Shown here in pieces: positions 37,110-50,383 of a DNA stretch of 64,000 bases; the stretch's first letter is position 1, and every line of letters begins with the position of its first letter. The position numbers and the translations under genes are program-made. The stretch lies in NCBI GenBank assembly GCA_964247055.1, contig OZ176052.1, positions 8,432,001 through 8,496,000 on the forward strand, written 5' to 3'. Below the pieces are notes generated by a model. It did no database searches. It was not told the DNA's origin and saw only the letters and a program-made list of their open reading frames with translations. Source of the DNA: Paragordius varius (lineage: Eukaryota > Animalia > Nematomorpha).

Positions 37110-40100
37110 ATGGAAGATGGTAAAGTTGATATCACAAATTCGGCATCGTCGCAAAATCTCACAAACTCCAAGGAGGATGAAAATAAAAATGTAACTAAAC
37201 AGAATCCACAAAAATCCCTTACGAATAATCACAACAATAAAAACAACAATCTATTTAGCAGTCTTCTTGTGATGAATGGATGCAATAATAGTAGTGGTAT
37301 AATTGGCGATGATAAATTAAGCATAAATGCAATAAAAACTGATGTTGAAAACATACAACCACCACCACCTGCTCTTGTTGAATATAATAATAATAATGTT
37401 GATATCAACAAAAATGAGGTCGATATAAATGACACTGTTAATAATATAAATGCTATTGCTAGCACAAATGTAAGTAATGGCACATATGAACTACGAGACC
37501 AGCAACAGAAAATAAATATTTCGAATATGCTTGAATCAAACATGGATATCACATCCATTCTCAATGAAATTAATGCCGCAGGCCAACCAACATCATCGCA
37601 AAAGTCAACGACACAAACTGGGTCCTCAGTCTCTTTCTCTCCCTCTAAAAAATCTTCAGATAACGTTGGTACTAATCAAGACATCAATATTGAAGAGTTT
37701 ATCGCTAAACTTACCAATAGTTTTGGTAATAAAGCGGAAGATGGCTCAAACTCTCACAATGATTCATTAGTTGTGGATGAAAATATATTCGCCAATTCAA
37801 TTACAACAACAGATGGGAACAATGTTAATCATTCTTCCGATGCTTTTATCCCCTCATCATCATCAAATTATTCCACAAATGCGACACCCGGAAGTTCTTC
37901 TGGTGTTTCCAAATACCCAGTTTTAGCGGTGGATGATGAAAGTGTTTCAGCTCCAAGTACAAGGGCTAAACTTACGCCCACCGTTTTTAGTGATAAAATT
38001 TGTTTGGCCCGCGCTCTGCAAGCCGGAGACCCGCGGTTAAAGCTGGTACAAAGAGGGGGCAACGTTAAAAGTCCTGTTTGGAAGATATTTCGTGTCATAA
38101 CGTTCGAGGGGAGAAAGACGAACCATATAGCATGTTATAGATGCCTTCAGGTATGTTATAGCAATCTAAAAATAAATGTAATTTTATTGTTTTGTTTAAT
38201 GTCACATATTTTCTGTTTAATTTTTAGTAAGTACATTATAAAGAATGTGCCACACTTAAGTATTTTACTGTGTTCGCCGAATATATTTAACCAAAAATTT
38301 TTGAAAATTTTATAACTATATTAGAGCAATTTACATTGATCCTTCATATATCAAATTTTCATTATTTATTAATAAATTGTCCTTAAAATTTTGTCAAAGG
38401 ATAAAATTTAAATTTTTTTTATTGAACATGTTTGGCGAAAACCATTGACACAACAATCTACAATAAAATAATGTTTATTTATTAAAAAATTGACCATGTT
38501 AGAGTAAAATAACTCAGGTGTCCTTTGATTATTTATAAAAATGAAAGTTTAACAGTTCATGCCGTACGTAGTTTACCGTTTTTAATGCAAAATGTTCCTT
38601 ATAAAAATGTAACTATTGGCCTAATTAATTTCATTCTAATGAAATTATTACGATACTCATATAGGTTTATAGGTATGATTCACATCACATGGGCACCTCT
38701 AACCTCTATCGCCATAAATGTGTTAACAATACAAATAATGAAAAAGCTGTTAACAGTGTTGATAATTTAACCCAATCTCCACTATCCATGAGTCCGGAAA
38801 AGACTGTCACTAAAAATGTGGATACATCTGAGCCCCAAAGCAATGATGATACAATAGGTAAATAAATTTATGCTATTATTTATCCTAAAGTTTTAAAGCG
38901 TAAAATTTTTGTGAGGAACAGTATTTGACAAGGTTATTATGGAAATGACTTCCCTTTAACCCAAAATTTATTTGAACTGCAAATAATAAATAATTATTTT
39001 GTGTTGATTTAAACCCATATAAAAGGATAAAATTTAAACATACGGGCTTGGATTTATTAGAACGATAACAAATACCTATAACATCGGTTTTAACACTATC
39101 AAACATAAATTATTTCTAATAGTACTGCATTTTTGCCCTTAAATTAATTTCTTCAAGCCTAAATTACTTTTTACCCAAATTAAATTCACCTTTGGATCGT
39201 GATAATATTTTATAAAACTAAGCCAATGCCCTTTAATTAATATTAGTCATTTCGATTTAGTATTGATTAATTAATATTGTTTGTTTTTATCTTTTTTTAT
39301 AATAATTTAGGTTTTTGTAAGCATTAAATACATTAACCTTTTTTCTTAACTTCCCGGTTCATTGTTTTTGTTAGCCGATAAATAAACACGCATTTAAAAT
39401 TATTTCAAACAGGTAAATTTAACAATGGATTTTTTATGGTTTCTGTATTTTGTAAAAAATTACACCAGGTGTGTAAAAATATAAATAATGGTATAAATAT
39501 ACCGATTCTCAAAATATTTTTTAAAAAATATTTTTTATTAACAGGAGAAGAAAAAATATATGTAGATGATTCCAAAAATTCCGAGAATCTTACCATTAAA
39601 GAAGAACAATCCGAAAATGACAGTGATGATTATAAACCATATGTTACAAGCAAATGTAACTATAAATAATTTCATTAAACTTATTTATTTCAATAAGTAA
39701 AATTTTAACCTAAGTTAGCTAAGAAAGTTAAATATATTAAAATCTAAGTTTAAGTGAAAAATCTTGAAAGGCACAATTATACTTATGAATGCAAGTTCTC
39801 AGAATAAACAAATAAGCGCAGATATTGTGTAATTTTAGATAAAATAAAATAACTCAATTCAGTAAAAAAACACTATTTATTACCTTTGCGCACGTTTATC
39901 AATTTTTGCCATAAAATTGTTATAAAATGTTTTCCTAAGTATTATATTATTCAATTTTTTAAAATGATATACCTATACAATTTGCTTCACTATATATATA
40001 GCACAACATGAAAAACAACAGGCTTCCCAAGTCAGTACTACACCTGTCCAATCAACTAATCGAAGAAAGAGGAGTATAATTTCATCTCTTGCGCAAAGAA

Positions 40101-43100
40101 AACGTTTGAAATTACCTAAATTACAATCTAGTTTACAAAGTATGTTTTTTATGCCCTAAAATTATTGAACGTTTGGAAATACGACCTAAAAATTATATAA
40201 ATATCTATATCAATCGGTTATTTAACCATTTTGCATTGTTTCGATGCATTAGTTTTTATAAGAAAATACAATTATATAAAATTTACTTTCTTAACTAATA
40301 TTGGATGAAAGCATTCAGCGGTTGGATTTTAAGCCGATTAAACGTCTTTTTGTCTATTTATGAACATTTATATATCATTTTTATAATTTGTCAATTAATT
40401 ACAGAACACGTCCCAAACCCATATCCCACAAACTTGGTCAATAATAGTTCAGAAACCGCTACAGATGAAATGGATGAGGCTATTATAGAAAACAATTTAA
40501 ACACCTCTGATTCTAATAGTAAAAACTTATTTTAAATCTATAATAGTAATATTACACTTAAATACAACTATATATTTACCATTTTTGAATATTTTTTTAT
40601 TGTTTTTTGAAAAAAATTGGTTAGCATAAATGATGAAAGAATATAACTAAATAAATTTTTCTTATAAACCAAACTTTTATTTAACTCCTTAAAAATGCTT
40701 TGATTTAACTAAAAACAATTTATTAGATTCCTACAAATTTTGGCAGAAAATCACTTGTTTGGGTTTGATGAAAGATTTTATGGATGAAATTAAATCGAAT
40801 CTCGACACCTGCGAGCAAACTATTGCCGCTTCAATCAAACATACAAACATCGAAAATAACAGCATTGATGATAATACCGTTTCATGTAAGTTATAGTTTA
40901 CACTAATTTTTTAGTTTTGGTATTATTAATAAATACTAAAATATATTTTAATTTATTATAGGTTGTAGGAAATTGAATGTAATTGTTAACGCTTTGGGAC
41001 TTAATCAAAGTTTAAAATTGTTATTCAAAAAATACCGGCGTTCCGTCCTCTTGGAACAAGAGAAAAATCGGAAAGAATTATTGGGTAACTTAATTTTTTA
41101 TTTAATCAGTTTTATACAGGTACATAGAGCTTATAATGAACCATATTGTGTTTTCTAGATTTACGACAAAAATTATTGTTAAAACAACACAAAAGTGAAA
41201 ATTTAAAGATTAGGGATGCATTTTTCAAAGAACTCATGGTTGAACATGACCAGATTTTGGCCCCAAACTCTGTAAACGTATCCAATAGCCTAACGAATAA
41301 TTGTGCATTATCACCTGATTTATTGTCACTTCAAGCTTTGATTGGAGATACGAATATGAACGCACAATCGAATTCTTTAGTATACAATGCTAATAATAAT
41401 GTTAATTTTGCGTTAAATACAACCATAAATAATAATGGTAATAGTCTTTTGACTGATAAAAATCTCAATATGCTGTACAACAGTTATTACAAAACATCTA
41501 TGTATTCACAGGCCAATACGGGTTCGACATCATCGTTTATGTCCACCAAAACGTTAAATGTAAGTATAAATTAAATAATCATAATCATATATGCAGGAAA
41601 CATCTAAATATATTGCCCTAATTTAATGTATTATATCTATATAAATTAGTTATAGTCATAAGTCTTTACCGGTTTTTTGGTAAAAAATACTTAATTTGGA
41701 ATTTGTTTTTTGATATCTGCATATTTCGCCCCTCTCTCTGTTAATATTTGATATGCCAGATGTTTGACTTTTGCCAAAAACTATTCGTCAAGGCATTTTA
41801 CAGTTAATTGTAAAAGTGCTGCTCAACGAGAGTGTTTTCCAGCCACGTAAAGGTAAGGTATGATGCTGCCAGATCAGGAGAATACAGCGAACGCGGAAGA
41901 ATTTTCAAAGTATCTTTCACTGTTTTGCTATGTGAGACGGAGCATCGTCATGTAGCAAGATCATTTTGCTTTGTCTTTTGGCGCATTCCGGTTGTTTTTC
42001 AATTAATACATGGTTATTTTAGTCATTTAATAGCGATAATGTTGTGTATGAACAATTTTATGGAATTTTATGATTTTATAAACAATGCCGCTTTGACACA
42101 TAGTATGTTTGTTGAAAAGATTTGGCCTGTGGATGATGGCTTCACAAGGTAACAGCCACGATTACTGTTTTCTCATAAGTCACAATTCGGTGTAAAAATG
42201 TTTTTTTCGCGATGTTGAGGCATTTCACAAGTCTCTGCGATTTTCGATTTGACGTTCATGCAAATTGTGTGGACCGATTTTATTGGTCCCTCGCATTGCT
42301 CGTAGACAATCTATTGATTATTTTTTGTGATATATGCGATTCTGCCATATAACGGTGAGTTTCAGTTGGGTCATCATCCAATAATCTTGCACTTGATCGT
42401 TTTTGCAGTGTGCGTTCTTCCAACACACTCTTTCACATTAAATGTGTCAATCGATTGAGCATGATCACCATATGTTTCAGCTAGCAAAAACTAACTTTCA
42501 ACATTTCTTCTGATGATGCCTATGTTTTTTCTGGTTCAACATTTTTCAAGATTCCTGAATGATTGAAGCAAGACTCTAGTTTTTGGTGAACTCAATTATT
42601 TATTTGTTTTATGTGAAGCATGTAGCAAATTAATCGTCTGCGTAGTTTTTTTAATGTCTTCTCTTAAAACTGCAATAAGTTAGGTATACACCTGGATAAA
42701 TATAATATATTATGTAAGTCCCACTTCAGTTTATAATGATTTTTTACTGATAATTATATTTGTTACGTACTCTAGGATATCTTAAAGAGTTTTGATCGCA
42801 CTAATCCAAGAAAAAGCCAAACCTCTAACTTGGATTCCATGATTCTTGCCAAACAACTCAATAATTGGAACGATGTTAGCGGTTCCAAAAATAAATTTGA
42901 AAACTTGAAGATTTTTAACTCTTCGCTCACAAATAAAGAACAGTCCCAGGACAAAAATAAAATTGTTAGTAATAATTTTTTGAACGAAGATTTATTGGAT
43001 ATATCTCGTGCCTTTTTCCCAGACGCATCATTGTTTTCTTCTGCCAACAACAAAAAACAAGCACAACAAAACCAAAACACACTTACGAATGAAAGTTTTA

Positions 43101-44053
43101 CTGCCCAACCTACTCTAACTGTTGCATCAAACACTTCTGAAATACTCAATGCACTGATCGGCGGTGCAAATTATGCCAATTTGAATCTCAATCTCAAAAA
43201 TAATATTGATTCTAATAGGAACAATATGTTGACTCAACAAAGCGTTGGAAATAATCGAAATTCGACTACAAATATTTATGACACACTGAAATCGTTAAAT
43301 TTACCCAACAACAACATCAACAACGGTAATAATAATATAATTAAATCGACATCGTATTATGATACCCTTTTAAATTCAACCGCTCTTACTCTCTTGAGTC
43401 AGTTTAATTTAAGCAATACTAATAGCAATGCGGGTTCAACGCTAAAATCATATATATCTTTTGGTGGCACATCAGCAAATGATAAATCAAATTATTCAAA
43501 CTACACTCAGACAAATACAAATGTCGCAAATATAATGGCAAAACCAAATAATTTGTTACCTTCCCTCCAAAATACAAATTTAACTACCAAAGATTCCCTT
43601 CTAGAAAATTTGTTAAATAACACAAATATTAATCAAGCAATGCTACCAAATAATCTCAATAATCATGTTAATACTCTAAATAACTCTAACAATATGAATC
43701 TCACTACTAATGGAACAATCAATGAAAACGAAAAAATCAATCACCTTAACGCAAATTGTGAACAGAATTCCAAGGATTTTGCCAGTAATTATACCACGCC
43801 AACTAAGATTGATCCCACCACACTAACCCTTAATACTGTAAATGGTGTGTCAAATGGTTCGTCCTCGCCCTTAGATTCAAATGTTAATGACAAAAATCTA
43901 ATACTTCTTAAAAGCCTGCGGAATATATTATCACCAAAAACTTCAGCACCTTCAAGTATCATCACCCAATATATTAACACCTCTGCAAATGAATCAATCG
44001 AAACTACCGGGAAAGCAACTACAAATAATGATACAGCATCGATTTCTCTTTAA
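37110..44053 (+). CDS. BED-zinc-finger protein (~1185 aa, Asn/Ser-rich), probable transcription/chromatin factor. Exons 37110-38150, 38665-38857, 39545-39655, 40002-40139, 40405-40518, 40727-40885, 40962-41084, 41159-41559, 42776-44053
   Basis: Spliced BED finger KSPVWKIF...IACYRCLQ|VYRYDSHHMGTSNLYRHKC. All nine exons are GT-AG and phase-compatible (3558 nt = 1186 codons). Basic NLS-like RRKR and RKRLK are present. The 5' end may extend through the acceptor at 37085. Confidence 0.8.
41644..42696 (-). pseudogene. Second mariner relic, antisense in the last intron of the BED gene
   Basis: The minus strand gives MILLHDDAPSHIA and LYSPDLAAS. TIR remnants are gtcataagtctttaccgg (41655) and the reverse complement ccaggtgtatacc at 42683-42695. 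Confidence 0.85.
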
Positions 44054-45276
44054 GATAAAAACTCTTTATCACACCCCAAAACCAAAATTTTCTACAGCTT
44101 TTTATTTTAAGGACCAAAAAACCTTAATTTTACTGTGTTTTACATTCACATTCCTTAAATATATAACGATAAAAATCGACATAGTATGGCCATACCATGT
44201 TTTTATTCATATATATATATATGTCGATAATTTCAAACGATTGTTTAGTCTTTTTATATTCCATTCTTTCTCTATGTCAATATCAAGTGCAAATATTAAA
44301 TATATTTATAATTTAATGGACCATTTTTAAATATTAATAATGTAAATGTTTAGGTAAAATGATTTTAATTCGTATATTAGTCTGTTATAAAACCACATTC
44401 CTTAATTTTAAAGAATATGCATTTATAAATTATTTTTTGTCTTAAAACCGACCAAACTTAAAGCATATTTTTAATATTTAATCGGTATATGTGTGTATTT
44501 TTCCTATAACATATTCAATTTTAATATAATTTTTATTATTGTATATGTTTATGTGAAATGTCCTATTTAATGCGACTATCAATTTTCTTATACCTTCATA
44601 ATATATTATTTGTAAATGTGTAAATTAATTTTAAAAAATAAATTCATATTATTAGCAGCTTAGTATCTTTCGGTTATATATATTTAATTTTTTCCAGCAA
44701 AATCCAATTTAAAATAATAAAAATAAACTGTCTAGTCCCAGGGTTGTGATTTTGACCCCCCTTTTCAGTTATATTTTAATTGCAGGCGAATTACGTTTTT
44801 AGCACACTCATCGACTATAAACTAAAAGTTATTAGTTTTTACTTAAATTTTTAACTATACTTTAAATTATTTAATTCTTAAGCTTAAAATAGAGTATATA
44901 TCTTAATGTAAAACTAAAATTCAAATAAATTCAAATTTTAGAAAAGGGACTTTAAATTTTTATTAATTAAATAAAGTTTACTCAGCGTCTAAATCCCAAA
45001 AAATATTTTTTTAACTAAAAATTGGAACAAAGATTTTAAATAAATTCAAATTACGGCATTTAGCTTTTTCCAAATATAAAATTTCGAGTTTTTGTTCTCG
45101 GCTAATATGAAACAAAATTAACCCATACCTGCAGAGTGTTAGTCGTATAAAAGATAAATATTTAAGCAAAGTGTTCATTTTTCTAGTAGTGACTTATTTT
45201 AATGTAGAGTCTAACATATATTATAAAGCCATCTCGGTCGCAAATATTAAGATAATGGCCATATATATATATATAT

Positions 45277-47455
45277 ATTATGTGCAAAAAAAATTTTAAC
45301 AAAATTTTTTTATGAGATAGCTTATGACCAGCGAATTCCAAAAAATTTCTTATTGATGAACTAGTTTTTGAAATATTGGAGAAAATCAAAATTGGGAAAA
45401 AAGTGAATATTAAGGATAATTAAAAAAATATTGATAAAACTTAAGATATTATGATTATCATTTTCGCAGATATTTGCATTTTAGCCTAAAATCATATAGT
45501 TAGGTTTTTATTAAAACTCAAATAAAAAAATCGCATTTTTCTTTTAACATAATTAAAAGCCAAAATTTTTCATACTATATTAAAATAATTTTTTTAATTA
45601 TTTAGTAGCTAAACTAACTAATAAAATCTTAACATTCATATTTTATTCTGTAAAAAAACTTATAAAATAAAACTAAAAAATATTTTTTTAAGTTTTAATT
45701 TTTTGTCTTCTGGTATATGAGTTTATAAAAAATTCATTCTTTTATTTTGCAATCTTACATGAGGGGGAATCTATATATTTATAAAAATGGAAAATGCTGG
45801 CTTTGTGATCTCGTACAGGAAAACCGGTAGACCCATTCAAATCCAAACATCGAAAAAATATAATCATTAATGAATGCCCCGACAATAGCTTCGCCCTTTT
45901 TTTGAAATAGGCCCCCTGTTCGGGCCCACCCCGTGTGAAAAACGGGTTTTTTTTGAAAACAGAAGTCCACAAAAATCGTGTCTTTGAGACAATTTTCCGG
46001 AGAACGTGTTGGTCCATTCTATTTCAAATATGATTTTTATTTAGTTTTTTTCGATTGCGCCAAACATAGTCGAGTCACTTTTTTGATTTAGGCCCTCTTT
46101 TTACCCGCTCCCCCCGTAAAATGCCACCTTTTTCAAAAAACAAAGTCCACAAAAATAATTTTTTAATTCTCTTTTTCGACCAAGACATGAGACCGTAAAA
46201 ATTCTTTATGGATTCCACGTATTCCCTGTTAAAAGGCAAAAATTTTAGCCAAGCGTTTCTTTGATGATAGCTGCTGGGTAAGGAGCTACCCGCGAAAAAC
46301 TGATTTCTCATGTAACTTTGTAATCTGTTTCCGGAAAACCGGTGAACCCATTCAAATCCAAATATCGAAAAAATATAATCATTAATGAATGCCCCGACAA
46401 TAGCTTCGCCCTTTTTTGGAATTAGGTCCCCAGTTTGGGCCCACCCCGTGTGAAAAATGGGTTAAGTCAATTTTTTGGAGAACGTGTTGGACCATTCAAT
46501 TTCAAATATGATTTTTGTTTACTTATTTTTGATCGCGATGAACATAGTCGACTCACTTTTTTGATTTAGACCCTATTTTTACCCGCTATCCCTGTAAAAT
46601 GCCATTTTTTCAAAAAACAAAGTCCACAAAAATAATTTTTTAAATCTATTTTTCCCCCAAGTAAACAATAAATTAGTATGAATGCACCGTTTTAAGATTC
46701 CCATGAGATCATCCCCCTCCCAGAAGTCCGAAGGACTTCCTCGGGCTGCGTAGCAGCACGAGATTTATGCTAGTTATAAAGTATATAAATTTATGCAAAA
46801 TAGGATTTAAAAGTAGTGGAATATCAACCAACAATCCATACAAATCCCTGTAACAGATTTGTTTTAACACAAATTAATATTTTTACTGGGATTCGTACGG
46901 ATTCTTGGTTAATATTCTACTTTTAAATATTTTGCATAAATTTATATACTTTAAATTTCCGCTCATGTAAGATTTTAAAAAAGAGTAAATATTTATACAT
47001 ACATAAACCAGTAGACAAAAAATGGAAAAATAAAAAAAAAATCAGTTTTATTGATATATAAATTTTTTTACTGAATAAAAATAATGTTAAGATTTTAATA
47101 GTGAGTTTAGCTAGTAAATAATTAAAAATTTATTTTAATATAGTTTCAAAAATATTTTGTCTTTTAATTATGTTAACAGAAAAATGCGATTATTTTGTCT
47201 GAATTTCAATAAAAGCCTATCTATATGATTTTAGGCTATTTATAAATTGCAAATATCTGCTTAAATGATAATCATAATATCTCAAGTTATATCAATATTT
47301 TTTTAATTATCCCTAATTTTCATTTTTTGTCCAATATTTGATTTTCTTTCAATATTTCAAAAATTAGGCCATGCTGCAAATGAATTTGCTGGTGATAAAC
47401 TATCTTATGAAAAATAATTTTGTTAAAAAAATTAACCCTCTTTTTGCACACAGTG
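45277..47455. mobile_element. Large foldback element with Tc1/mariner-like end (...TTTTTGCACACAGTG|TA), long inverted arms and a Helitron nested in the left arm
   Basis: 45281-45769 plus 46774-46860 is the inverted complement of about 46880-47455. Examples: aatcttacatgag (45751) vs ctcatgtaagatt (46962), and gatattatgattatcatt (45445) vs aatgataatcataatatc (47264). The left terminus is degenerate. Confidence 0.8.
45770..46773 (+). mobile_element. Non-autonomous Helitron (1004 bp), two internal tandem units
   Basis: A|TC...double hairpin...CTAG|T. The opposite foldback arm provides the empty site. Confidence 0.92.
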
Positions 47456-48169
47456 TATACATATATATTGTATTGTGATAGGAAAAATATTATGATTCTT
47501 TTGATTTTTGCACTTACAAGTGATTTAAGAAACTAATTTATACTATTGTGGTAACTGCTCTATCTTAGAAAATGACAAAATTTACTCACTTTTGTTAATT
47601 CAATTTTTTTGGAGGTAAAAATCCTTCAACCAAAAATATCAGTAATATATATTAGTATAAAAATCTAAATAATATTTTTAAAAAATTTAAATTTTTAGAT
47701 GTGTTCGAAATTCTCAATTTTTTTCGCTTTTCCGAATTAGGCTAGTTTTCCTATAAAAGCAAAAACGCCGATATTGCGCATTTAAAATTTTTAAAATACG
47801 CTAAATTTTAATATAAATTAATAATATTAATATAAATTATAATTTTTTCAAAAATTTAATTTTGGTAAAATTTTGTCGATGGGTTGTCTTTTTGTAAAGA
47901 GTAAACCTTTAAATTAAAATTCTGAAGCGATAGTTATCAAATTAAGAAAAAGTGTTTAATATCAAAGACTATCCAAAAGAATTTAATTAATTTTCTGCGG
48001 TATTATAAAAATAAATTTTATATATCTGTCATTTTTGCGAATGTTTTTTTGGAGGTTCACGGATTTGTTAAACTTAGGGTACTTTCTTAAGCAACTTATA
48101 TGCATTTAGCAAAGCTTTTCCCAATATTTCATCCTCTTTTGTAAATAGGATAATTAGACAAAAAATATC

Positions 48170-48800
48170 ATATAAAGGTCTTTCCAAAATAATTTTATCT
48201 AAATTATTAAATCCGTCAAGTGTGCCGTAGACCACACTTCCAAATTTCAAGTTTTACTAGATCATATGATTTTTATCACCACCGAATCAAGTTTTCTTGC
48301 TTTAAGTCCCCTAATGTTAAAACTTTTTATCACATAAAAGCAAGCCATGAAAATTTTTCAACTCGTCAAAAAAACTTACCCAACCCTAGTATGAAGTACG
48401 TTTCAACAAAATTTTTCTAAAAAATATTGAAAAATATGCATTGGAAAATATGTTGATATCAAAATTTTTCTTGAAAATTTTATTGCTCATATTGGCATTT
48501 TCGCATTTTTTTGAGAGAACATCCTATTATAGAGAAAAAAATTAGGGACTTTCGGAGCCCATATCTATAGGTGGGGTGGTAACAAATTTTTTCGATTTGA
48601 CTTTCAAGTTTTCAAGTCACTGCTTGCTTTCATGTGATAAAAAATTTAACATAAGACGACTTAAGTCAAAAATTTCTCGAATGAGAAAAAGTCATATGAT
48701 GAAGAAAAATTGATTGCAAGTGTAGAGTAGGGATCACTTTACAGATTTAAAAATATGGATAAGATTTATATGGAAACTATTTATTTTTATAATTTATGTC
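48170..48800. repeat. Diverged inverted repeat (old foldback), centre near 48480
   Basis: 48313 atgttaaaactttttatcacataaaagcaag vs 48623 cttgctttcatgtgataaaaaatttaacat, plus weaker matches outward. Confidence 0.6.
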
Positions 48801-49306
48801 TTAAATGAAACCTTTGATAATGCTATAAACTATTCATTTGTTAATTTTTAGCTAATTAACTTGTTCAAATCGGGAGGATACAAAAGAGGATAAATTTTTG
48901 GATAAACTCTGCTAATATTTAAAAACAATGCATATAAAAATATGCTAAATTTATTATTTCCGTAAACCGCAAAAAGATTTGATTCTTGAAAATACCTTAA
49001 AATTAATAATTAAATATTAATTGTTTAAAATTTATAAATTTATGTTTTGCATAAAATAATAAACGTTATTAAAGCATCTAAAGTCTATTTCATCATAAAT
49101 TTATTTCAAAAATATTGATAATCATATAAAAACAATAACATGTTATATTGTATAAACATCTTCCCATTATAATTGCATATGGACTCCTAACAAAATCAGT
49201 AATGTGGTGCAATAATAGAATTTGTTTTAAGGGCGAATGGTTTCATTAACTTTGAACTTTGAATTTTAGTTACTGGGCTCAATATTTAGAAAAAGTTATA
49301 AATTAA

Positions 49307-49806
49307 CACTTGATACAAACACATTCATTTGAGTCCTTCGATTCGAATTGGGGCAGTTGGATACCAGGCCTGTTTAATAAAATACTCTAAAAATTATGTA
49401 AGGAACCTAAACCATGGCAAAAGTTTACACTTATACAATATTGTTGAACCAAAATATAAGGAAAATTATTGATATACTTAATATTGCTCTTTTAAGGCAA
49501 ATCCAAAGGCAAAATTAGTCAAGCTGACAGGTATGCATTAGCTAAATAAAAAAATAATACAAACTTTTCTCTTTCTATCAATGTTATATGTGATTTATAT
49601 AAAAAATTAACTTTAGTTTTATATTTAAAATTTAATAAACACGATATTTTGCAAAAATGTTGCAAGATAAAAATGGCGCCTCAGTAATTTGATATGGAAC
49701 TATTTTTTCGAAAACTGAATTTTATCGAAATATTTTACCTTATTTATATAATTTTATGAAGCATAAATGGGACCGTTTCTTTCAGTATTTTTTTAAAAAT
49801 ATCAAA
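49307..49806 (-). mobile_element. Older inverted copy of the TTAA MITE, missing about 35 bp of its 5' end
   Basis: TTAA|cacttgatacaaacacattcatttgagtccttcgattcgaattgggg is the reverse complement of the 3' end of 49811-50383. Confidence 0.75.
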
Positions 49807-49810
49807 TTAA

Positions 49811-50383
49811 CACTTCGATTCAAATTGGGGTATCTAAATACCCCAGACTAAATTAGAGTTAGGATTTTTAAAAAAACTACTGAAGGAAACGGTCCCAATT
49901 TAAATTTATGCTTCTATCCTAATAAAAATTATTATGCCGAAACATCTCAATTTTGTTTTGAAAAAAAAGTTCCATGTCAAACTACTTCGACGCCATTTTT
50001 ATTTTACAAAATTTTTGCAAAATATCGTCTTCATTAAATTTTAAGGGTAAATTTAAAGGTAATATTTTATTTAAATTATATCCAACATTCATAGTAATAG
50101 AAAAAGCTGTTTAATTTGTATTATTTTTCAATTTTACCATTGCACGCATGTCATGGTGACTAAATTTTTACCTCTCGGTTTTAGTTCAAATTAAGTAATA
50201 TCAAGTATTTTTGAATAAAATTTTTTATATTTTTCGGTTTATTAATGTTATATAAGTGCAAGATTTTGCCATGGTTTTGATTCCTTCCATATTTTTAAAA
50301 GAATTTAATTTTAAACAGGTCTGGGGTATTTAACTACCCCAATTTGAATCGAAGGACTAAAATGAATGTGTTGTATCCAAGGG
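49811..50383 (+). mobile_element. piggyBac-like MITE (573 bp), TTAA on both sides
   Basis: TTAA|cacttcgattc...gtatccaaggg|TTAA. A ~35-bp subterminal inverted repeat (cttcgattcaaattggggta...aaataccccagac) lies 2 bp from the left end and about 29 bp from the right end. Confidence 0.8.
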
